This document shows, in pieces, positions 26,033-32,000 of a stretch of 32,000 bases of DNA; position 1 is the stretch's first letter; every line of letters starts with the position of its first letter. The position numbers and the translations under genes are program-made. The stretch is from Vibrio alginolyticus NBRC 15630 = ATCC 17749 (GTDB lineage Bacteria > Pseudomonadota > Gammaproteobacteria > Enterobacterales > Vibrionaceae), in the NCBI RefSeq assembly GCF_000354175.2, contig NC_022349.1, positions 810,001 through 842,000 of the forward strand. The letters are read 5' to 3'. The notes under the pieces were generated by a model, which saw only the letters and a list, made by a program, of their open reading frames with translations, was not told the DNA's origin and did not search any database.

Positions 26033-26814
26033 GTTATCACGACTTACACCAGGCTTTATTTTTGTACAGCCTGACGTTACCTAGGTTAATGACATGCTTC
26101 ATCTTTTTGCCTATTTTGAGCAAGCAAATGTTAGGCGGCACCATGGTGAGAAATGGTGTGCTTTGCTCACTCGCACTGTTTATATTTCCGATGATTAATC
26201 AGCAAAGCTTGCCCGCAGAAACCGACGGCATTTGGCTGATAATGATTTTGGGTAAGGAGGTATTAATTGGGCTATTGATAGGGTTTGTTGCTGCTATCCC
26301 TTTTTGGGCGATAGAAGCGGCCGGTTTTCTGGTCGACAACCAACGTGGGGCTGCCATGGCAAGTATGTTTAACCCAACGCTAGGCTCACAATCCACACCA
26401 ACAGCGGTATTACTGACCCAAACGTTGATTACCCTGTTCTTCTCTGGCGGGGGCTTTGTCACTTTTATCTATGCGTTATTCAAAAGCTATACATCTTGGC
26501 CGATCGTGGACTTTTTCCCAACCGTTAGCGACGCATGGGTGAGCTTCTTCTACGCGCAATTTGAACAGCTTATGTGGCTTGGTGTGTTGATGTCCGCTCC
26601 ATTAGTGTTGGCAATGTTTCTTGCTGAGTTTGGTCTAGCGCTTATCAGTCGTTTTGCACCGCAATTGAATGTTTTTTTCCTTGCCATGCCAATAAAAAGT
26701 GCCATCGCGAGTGTTTTACTGATCGTGTATCTCGGAATAATGATGGATCACTTTGAAGTACAGTTTTACGGCATTACCCGATTCGCAGAACAACTCAATA
26801 CCATTTGGCAATAA
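26029..26814 (+). CDS. vscT: T3SS export-apparatus protein SctT (YscT/FliR family)
   Basis: 261 aa (YscT is 261 aa), polytopic. ATGA coupling to vscS. Confidence 0.92.
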   Translation: MSYHDLHQALFLYSLTLPRLMTCFIFLPILSKQMLGGTMVRNGVLCSLALFIFPMINQQSLPAETDGIWLIMILGKEVLIGLLIGFVAAIPFWAIEAAGFLVDNQRGAAMASMFNPTLGSQSTPTAVLLTQTLITLFFSGGGFVTFIYALFKSYTSWPIVDFFPTVSDAWVSFFYAQFEQLMWLGVLMSAPLVLAMFLAEFGLALISRFAPQLNVFFLAMPIKSAIASVLLIVYLGIMMDHFEVQFYGITRFAEQLNTIWQ

Positions 26815-26829
26815 CGCTTAGGATTCTTT

Positions 26830-27879
26830 ATGAGTGCAGAAAAAACAGAGCAACCCACCGCAAAAAAGTTACGCGATGCTCGGCAGAAAGGTCAGGTTGC
26901 CAAAAGCCAAGAAATCGTATCGTCTGCATTAATTTTGGCGCTCATAATTGTACTGTTTGCGTTCGCCGATTATTACATGTCGCACATCTCAGCGCTTATT
27001 CTCCTACCAAGTAAGCTTGCTTATCAGGGTTTCCAAGATGCGCTAGTCGATGTCGCTATCGCCATCGCAAAAGAAATTGCCTATCTACTCGCTCCGATTA
27101 TTCTGGTTGCTGCACTCGTCGCCATCTTTTCCAATATGGGGCAGTTCGGGTTCCTATTTAGTGGTGAATCCGTTAAACCCGACATCAAAAAGATCAATCC
27201 CGTCGAAGGGGCCAAACGCATTTTTTCCCTCAAGAGTGTGATTGAGTTTATCAAGTCGATCCTTAAAGTCTCTCTTCTTTCCTGCATTATCTGGGTGACA
27301 TTACGCGGTAACATCAACGCTTTAATGCAAATTCCAACTTGTGGGCTAGAATGTGTCCCGACCATTACTGGCGTCATGATTAAACAATTAATGATTATCT
27401 CTTCGGTAGGCTTCATCGTCATCGCTGCCGCAGATTTTGCGTACCAGAAGTTTGATCACACGAAAAAGCTCAAAATGAGCAAGGACGAAGTGAAGCGCGA
27501 ATACAAAGAGATGGAAGGCAGTCCAGAAATAAAAAGCAAACGTCGTCAGTTACACCAAGAGCTACAAGCCTCTAATCAACGTGAAAACGTTAAACGTTCT
27601 AATGTATTAGTTACAAACCCAACACATATCGCGGTTGGCCTTTATTACAAGAAAGGCGAAACGCCCCTGCCCGTCATCACTTTGATGGAAACCGATGCGG
27701 TAGCCAAACGTATGGTCGCAATCGCTAAAGAGGAAGGCGTGCCTGTGATGCAAAAAGTCCCTCTTGCTCGTGCACTATACGCCGACGGTAACGTCGACCA
27801 GTACATCCCAAGCGATCTTATTGAGGCAACTGCGGAAGTGCTTCGTTGGTTGGCTTCGTTAGAGTCCGAGGCGGACTAA
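26830..27879 (+). CDS. vscU: T3SS autoprotease / substrate-switch protein SctU (YscU/FlhB family)
   Basis: 349 aa. N-terminus MSAEKTEQPTAKKLRDARQKGQVAKS. The NPTH autocleavage motif is at codons 263-266 (nt 27616-27627), the same residue numbers as in YscU. Confidence 0.95.
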   Translation: MSAEKTEQPTAKKLRDARQKGQVAKSQEIVSSALILALIIVLFAFADYYMSHISALILLPSKLAYQGFQDALVDVAIAIAKEIAYLLAPIILVAALVAIFSNMGQFGFLFSGESVKPDIKKINPVEGAKRIFSLKSVIEFIKSILKVSLLSCIIWVTLRGNINALMQIPTCGLECVPTITGVMIKQLMIISSVGFIVIAAADFAYQKFDHTKKLKMSKDEVKREYKEMEGSPEIKSKRRQLHQELQASNQRENVKRSNVLVTNPTHIAVGLYYKKGETPLPVITLMETDAVAKRMVAIAKEEGVPVMQKVPLARALYADGNVDQYIPSDLIEATAEVLRWLASLESEAD

Positions 27880-27901
27880 CAAACCACATCCCATTCAAGA
27901 T

Positions 27902-27921
27902 CTGGGCTTACAACTGCCCAG
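27902..27921 (+). terminator. Weak stem-loop after vscU (CTGGGC-TTACAACT-GCCCAG)
   Basis: 6-bp GC-rich stem followed by CTTTC. The T-run is poor. Confidence 0.35.
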
Positions 27922-27981
27922 CTTTCAACCTCGATACTTTCAACGCTATAATGCGGTATCCTTTAACTGTATGTTGTTTTT

Positions 27982-28692
27982 ATGAAATCTAGCTTAAGCA
28001 TTCGCTCCTACACGAAACGTATGAGCCGACATACTCATAGTGATTATCATCAACTGGTGCTTCCTCTCCAGGGCAACATACATATTGATATGGATAGCTA
28101 TGTCGGAAAGGTGGCGGTTGGCGACTGCATAGTCATCCCCAAAAGTTGTGCTCACGGGTTTAATGCCGAAGAGTCATCACGCTTTATTGTTGCGGATATG
28201 ACCACTTTGCCCACTCATTTGATGGATAATAGTGTGGCTGTGTTTTCGATTAGCCCGCCTCTACTGAGCTTTATCCAGTTTGTCGAAAAGCAACTTGAGT
28301 ATCAGGTTAATGATGAAATTGAAAACTCAATGGTTGCAACCTTCTATCTGTTGCTGGAGCAGCAAAAGCGGTCTCGCTCCGTGGATTTGCGTATTCGAGA
28401 TGTACAGGTTGTGATCGCGGAGCAGCTTGATCAGCCACTCACCATTGCCTCATTAGCGAATGCCGCTTGCTTGAGTCCGACGCAGTTTAAAAAGCTTTTT
28501 AAAGAGCAGCTAAAAGTGAGCGTCCATAAGTACATTACACTACAACGTATGGAAAAAGCCAAAGCACTACTGACTCATACAGACCTTCCAGTTCAGTTGA
28601 TAGCTGAACGAGTTGGTTATAGTGACCTTTCCGCGTTTAGTCGACGGTTTTCAATGCATTTTGGTATGTCTCCTAGAGAGTTTTCCCGATAG
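27982..28692 (+). CDS. AraC/XylS-family transcriptional regulator (N-terminal cupin-like sensor, C-terminal double HTH)
   Basis: 236 aa. The C-terminus IASLANAACLSPTQFKKLFKEQLKVSVHKYITLQRMEKAKALL...VGYSDLSAFSRRFSMHFGMSPREF is a canonical AraC HTH. It is too short and too different to be ExsA. Confidence 0.85.
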   Translation: MKSSLSIRSYTKRMSRHTHSDYHQLVLPLQGNIHIDMDSYVGKVAVGDCIVIPKSCAHGFNAEESSRFIVADMTTLPTHLMDNSVAVFSISPPLLSFIQFVEKQLEYQVNDEIENSMVATFYLLLEQQKRSRSVDLRIRDVQVVIAEQLDQPLTIASLANAACLSPTQFKKLFKEQLKVSVHKYITLQRMEKAKALLTHTDLPVQLIAERVGYSDLSAFSRRFSMHFGMSPREFSR

Positions 28693-28804
28693 TCACTAAA
28701 ATAGTCTTCTGGAACAAGTATTCCGTCTTTTCAGCACAAAAATCTCTATCGCTTTCTTTTATTCTTTCTACCCTAAAACAGCCATTCACTAGGTAGAAAT
28801 TACA

Positions 28805-29701
28805 GTGTTAAAAAAACATTTCACCGACTATCAATTAGGAACTTTATCCATACTTTTTGCTTCAACCCTGTGGGGAACGACGGGCACCGCTGCCAGCTTG
28901 GCACCGGATGTCAGTGCTCTCGCCATTGGCGCATTTTCTATGGGTATTGGTGGGTTTATGCAAGCATGTCTATCTGCGAAGTCACTGAAGAGAGATTTTC
29001 GAAAAGTCGTACATAAGAAGAAAACGTTACTGATTAGTATTATCGCCTTAGCCACCTACCCACTGGCTTTTTATTCATCAATGCGATTCGCTGGTGTGGC
29101 TATTGGTACGGTTATTTCTATCTCCACTGCTCCTTTCTTTTCTGCTTTGTTAGAGTGTCTCTTTAGCCGAAATCAGACCATAACCAAGCGCTGGATGATG
29201 AGTTTCGCAATCGGGGTCATTGGCATTACCTTGTTGCTGGCTTCTGAGTCATCCGCAAATAGCTTATTTGATCAGGATATGAAGCATTGGGGTGTATTAC
29301 TTGGCCTATTGGCAGGTTTGACGTACGCCATTTACTCATGGGGAGTAAAGGCTATGATTGACCACGGCATTGAATCGCAAACGGCCATGGGAAGTGTTTT
29401 TGGTATTGGTGGAGTTTTGCTTCTACCAACACTTTTCATCACGGGTGATAATCTATTTGCATCGTCAACTAATACGGCGGTCATGCTCTACATGGCCTTG
29501 ATTCCAATGGGGTTAGGTTACGTCGCTTTTGGGTTTGGGCTACGGTTTGTTACAGCCAGTGGAGCTAGCATACTCACGCTATTTGAACCTGTTATCGCAG
29601 CAGCACTAGCAGTTGCGATTGTTGGGGAAGAAATTTCTTTCATTGGTTGGGTTGGTATAACGTTGACACTTGTGTGTTTGTTTCTTCAGTCGAAAAGTTA
29701 A
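28805..29701 (+). CDS. EamA/DMT-superfamily permease (10-TM drug/metabolite transporter)
   Basis: 298 aa with two EamA-like halves. The start is GTG because no upstream in-frame ATG exists. Confidence 0.8.
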   Translation: MLKKHFTDYQLGTLSILFASTLWGTTGTAASLAPDVSALAIGAFSMGIGGFMQACLSAKSLKRDFRKVVHKKKTLLISIIALATYPLAFYSSMRFAGVAIGTVISISTAPFFSALLECLFSRNQTITKRWMMSFAIGVIGITLLLASESSANSLFDQDMKHWGVLLGLLAGLTYAIYSWGVKAMIDHGIESQTAMGSVFGIGGVLLLPTLFITGDNLFASSTNTAVMLYMALIPMGLGYVAFGFGLRFVTASGASILTLFEPVIAAALAVAIVGEEISFIGWVGITLTLVCLFLQSKS

Positions 29702-29748
29702 ATTAAACCGATATTAGCCAGCCCCAAAAAGGAACGCTGACGGTAGAT

Positions 29749-29779
29749 AAAGTAAGGAGCAGCACCTACTCCCTACTTT
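29749..29779. terminator. Hairpin between the convergent eamA-like and vopQ genes, possibly a bidirectional terminator
   Basis: AAAGTAAGGAG-CAGCACCTA-CTCCCTACTTT (one mismatch), flanked by A-run and T-run arms. Confidence 0.45.
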
Positions 29780-29790
29780 ACCATTTGAAA

Positions 29791-31269
29791 TTACACCCAG
29801 CCTTCTGCCAAGTACATCAATCGCAATTGACTTGGTGAGCCTAGTTTTTCTAGCGCATCTAATTGGACGTCACTCAGGTTTGGGCATTTATCAAGATAAA
29901 CTCGTCCGTTTGCTGCATCTAGGGGGAGCTTGTAGGTTAGCTTTTCGTTTATTTTACTTGCTTCCCCTTTATCAATCGCTCGAACAGCTGGCATGAGCCA
30001 ATCCCAATCTTCTCCTAACAGTTTTTTAAACGCCCCGTTAGCAATAGACTCGGTTTTACTTGGTGCATCCTCTGGGCTTAGCTTCAAGATAGAGTCTACG
30101 TCAGGAACCAAGTGCTCACTTGGTTCTGAACCCAACATCTTTTTCAGTGTTAATCGAGCGGCTTCCATCTCTTGTGCCTCTTTAGGCGCTTGAGGAGAAG
30201 TCATTTCAGTATTCTCCTTAGGACCAAGGTACGCCATTAATGCGCGGACAGAAGCCGGATCTTGCATACTAAAGGTAAAGTCTCCTTTGGCATTAGAAAC
30301 TTCAAGCCTTGGTAAAACACCAGACATCTCACCTTGCATGAGTTGTTCTTTGACTTCTGTATTTAGTCCGTATGCTCCAGCTTGGTTCGCAACAAAACCA
30401 CCACCACTCATGATAGCAGTCGTTGCCGCAGAACCGATTGCCTCTTTTGCTATCGGTGTGACGCCCACCGTTGCTACAGAGCTAACACCGAACGTGCCCA
30501 GGCTCCCCGTCGCCATACCTAATGTAGCTCCAATGCCACCTTCAGCCGACAGTATCGCATGACCTTGAGCCAAGGTTTGCTGCATCGGCATAGAAAGACG
30601 TTGATCTCGCCCTGGCAGCTGTGAAATTTGTTCTAACTGATGATGGTAAGCCTCAGCATCACCATTTACGGCCGCTTTGTGCAGCTCTCGACCTGTAGAA
30701 ATCAATAAGCCAACGCCAGGTAATGCCAAGTTAATAACGGCGTTAACACCAGAACCTTTTAGCTTTTCTTTGCCCATCTGCAGCAGTTCAGCAGCAAAGC
30801 CATCCATTTTTCCCGGATACTGGGCTTCTAAGCTCACCTGCATACGCGGATCTTTGCTGATCGCATCAAACGTATTTTTAAGCTGCTGGTACGTATCGCT
30901 GCTCACTTTTATTTCATCCAATAGGCTGACAACTTCTAAGATTTTACGCTCAGTAAGTGGCTCACCGCGATAGCCTGAAGGACTCACTAGGGAGTAAGCC
31001 AACAGCGCAACCTCAGGTTTTTCTTGCTTAAGTAGCGCTTGTTTTAAATCAAGGTGAGTTTTGATGTTTTCTTGGAAAAACTTAGTGTATTTGCTTCTCA
31101 ATACGCCTTCGTGAATAGAAGCAAACTTGTGACCTTTGTGGAATGTGGAAGGTTCTTTTACTTCACCTCTTTTACTGATCACTCGGTCATCTTTTTGCGC
31201 AGCAACTGCACGAAACTGCTCTAGATCAGGTACTGGGCTTTGGCTGATTTTTTGTGTTGTATTAACCAT
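29791..31269 (-). CDS. vopQ: T3SS1 effector VopQ/VepA-like (V-ATPase-binding channel-forming cytotoxin)
   Basis: 492 aa, the length I recall for V. parahaemolyticus VopQ. The N-terminus MVNTTQKISQS matches my memory of VopQ. It has a central Gly/Ala-rich hydrophobic block, a class I chaperone gene immediately upstream, and lies next to T3SS1 genes. Confidence 0.7.
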   Translation of the reverse strand: MVNTTQKISQSPVPDLEQFRAVAAQKDDRVISKRGEVKEPSTFHKGHKFASIHEGVLRSKYTKFFQENIKTHLDLKQALLKQEKPEVALLAYSLVSPSGYRGEPLTERKILEVVSLLDEIKVSSDTYQQLKNTFDAISKDPRMQVSLEAQYPGKMDGFAAELLQMGKEKLKGSGVNAVINLALPGVGLLISTGRELHKAAVNGDAEAYHHQLEQISQLPGRDQRLSMPMQQTLAQGHAILSAEGGIGATLGMATGSLGTFGVSSVATVGVTPIAKEAIGSAATTAIMSGGGFVANQAGAYGLNTEVKEQLMQGEMSGVLPRLEVSNAKGDFTFSMQDPASVRALMAYLGPKENTEMTSPQAPKEAQEMEAARLTLKKMLGSEPSEHLVPDVDSILKLSPEDAPSKTESIANGAFKKLLGEDWDWLMPAVRAIDKGEASKINEKLTYKLPLDAANGRVYLDKCPNLSDVQLDALEKLGSPSQLRLMYLAEGWV

Positions 31270-31278
31270 TTTTCTCTC

Positions 31279-31737
31279 CTACACACGAAGTGATTGAACA
31301 TGAGCTTGTTCATGATTAGAGGTGGTTGGAATCGCTTGATCCAACATTGCGAAACGCGCTTGCCACAGCTCGGCCTGTTCAATAACTTCGTGAAACCAAG
31401 CGGTAAGGTTCGTCGTATTTAGATGCTCAACGGGTTTACGTCCTGCTAAGACAAGCTGTCGACCGTTTGGAGCCAAAGCAAGTGCGAGGTTGCCACTACC
31501 AATTCCTTGATAGTTCGCATGAGCAAGAAGCTCTAAACCTTTTAGTCGTTGTTCACCGGATTTTTCTAACCCTCCGAACGTTACAGACAACATCAAATCA
31601 TCCGTATCTGTCGCGATGAAATACAACATGTAGCGATCATCGACCAGTAGCTGACAACGTTCATTTTCTTCAAAATTCAGTTCGGGCAACTCATTGAGTT
31701 GGCAAAACTCCAAGAGCAGTTGTTGAATCGTGTTCAT
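31279..31737 (-). CDS. vecA: Class I (CesT/SycE-like) T3SS effector chaperone, probable VopQ chaperone
   Basis: About 152 aa, acidic. Typical N-terminus MNTIQQLLLEFCQLNELPELNFEENERCQLLVDDRYMLYF. It ends 10 nt before the vopQ start. ATG 31737 (after AAGGA) is preferred over the TTG at 31758. The symbol is assigned by synteny only. Confidence 0.6.
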   Translation of the reverse strand: MNTIQQLLLEFCQLNELPELNFEENERCQLLVDDRYMLYFIATDTDDLMLSVTFGGLEKSGEQRLKGLELLAHANYQGIGSGNLALALAPNGRQLVLAGRKPVEHLNTTNLTAWFHEVIEQAELWQARFAMLDQAIPTTSNHEQAHVQSLRV

Positions 31738-31765
31738 AACTTTTTCCTTTTGTTTCAATAACTCT

Positions 31766-31816
31766 ATTGAACAACGATTGCAGATTGAACGATGTCGGTA
31801 ATGGCTTTATTTTTGT
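31766..31816 (-). promoter_or_regulatory. Possible ExsA-box promoter of the chaperone-vopQ unit
   Basis: The minus strand reads ACAAAAATAAAGCCATTACCGACAT (31816 to 31792), with about 4 mismatches to the remembered ExsA consensus. A 21-nt spacer leads to TTCAAT (31771-31766). Confidence 0.35.
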
Positions 31817-31881
31817 CACTTTTTCGCCTTCATTGTGAGGTTTTCCGCAGAAATCTCGCTCTAAAATCGAGTTGCCAGAGT

Positions 31882-31910
31882 AATAAAAAAGAGCAGCTCA
31901 GAGCTGCTCT
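31882..31910 (-). terminator. Rho-independent terminator of an upstream minus-strand gene
   Basis: AGAGCAGCT-CTG-AGCTGCTCT followed on the minus strand by TTTTTTATT. Confidence 0.75.
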
Positions 31911-31921
31911 TTCAATAAAGG

Positions 31922-32000
31922 TTAGATGCTTAGCATGGTGTATTTGCTCACTTCTTTTGCAGAGTGACTAACCCAGTTTATGGCTATCAAAAATGACTTC
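31922..32000 (-). CDS. Possible 3' end (26 codons) of a minus-strand gene entering from the right edge
   Basis: Open frame ...KSFLIAINWVSHSAKEVSKYTMLSI stop, ending 11 nt before the terminator. Too short to identify. Confidence 0.3.
   Translation of the reverse strand, partial: KSFLIAINWVSHSAKEVSKYTMLSI

Noticed and set aside
27982-28692. Could the AraC-family gene be ExsA, the T3SS master regulator?
   Set aside because: At 236 aa with a cupin-type N-domain it is shorter than ExsA (about 280 aa) and is not in an exsC/exsB/exsA context. The exs genes are expected elsewhere in the cluster, outside this window.
1-32000. Scan for CRISPR arrays, tRNA/rRNA genes, integron attC sites, and toxin-antitoxin or defence-system gene pairs
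   Set aside because: I saw no regularly spaced direct repeats, no cloverleaf-compatible or rRNA-like segments, and no small two-gene cassettes. Every ORF longer than 100 aa is accounted for by the features above, except the 121-aa orphan at 9964-10329.

Overview
The window looks like Vibrio chromosomal DNA, probably Harveyi clade (V. parahaemolyticus or a relative). That call is inferred from protein similarity and a GC content that looks mid-40s % by eye.

- **1-9.7 kb, housekeeping genes.** These are prpC (partial) and prpB of the methylcitrate cycle with a GntR/FadR-type regulator and an array of TTGTCGACAA palindromes. They are followed by a GFA-family protein, a TctCBA tripartite tricarboxylate transporter, and a P-loop NTPase preceded by an Ile-rich leader-peptide/attenuator-like element. 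A TauE/SafE permease and a TAXI-TRAP binding protein with no adjacent permease complete this part.
- **9.7-11.3 kb, AT-rich islet.** It holds one orphan membrane ORF and an IS200-type (TnpA-only) insertion sequence placed just after the vopD terminator.
- **11.3-27.9 kb, Ysc/Psc-family type III secretion (T3SS1-like).** The minus strand carries vopN-tyeA-sycN-vscX-vscY-vcrD-vcrR and vcrG-vcrV-vcrH-vopB-vopD. The plus strand carries vscN-O-P-Q-R-S-T-U, transcribed divergently.
- **27.9-29.7 kb.** An AraC-type regulator and an EamA/DMT permease sit inside the T3SS cluster.
- **29.8-31.8 kb.** A class I chaperone gene is followed by a 492-aa VopQ/VepA-like effector gene.

I saw no rRNA, tRNA or CRISPR array, and I found no convincing evidence for a wholly new multi-gene system. 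The observations most worth follow-up are:
- four ExsA-box promoters readable from the sequence, which also revise the starts of vcrG, vscN and the chaperone gene;
- the shared palindromic operator linking the prp operon to the Tct transporter;
- an Ile-codon leader/attenuator-like element upstream of a P-loop NTPase gene;
- the IS200 plus AT-rich islet at the T3SS boundary.
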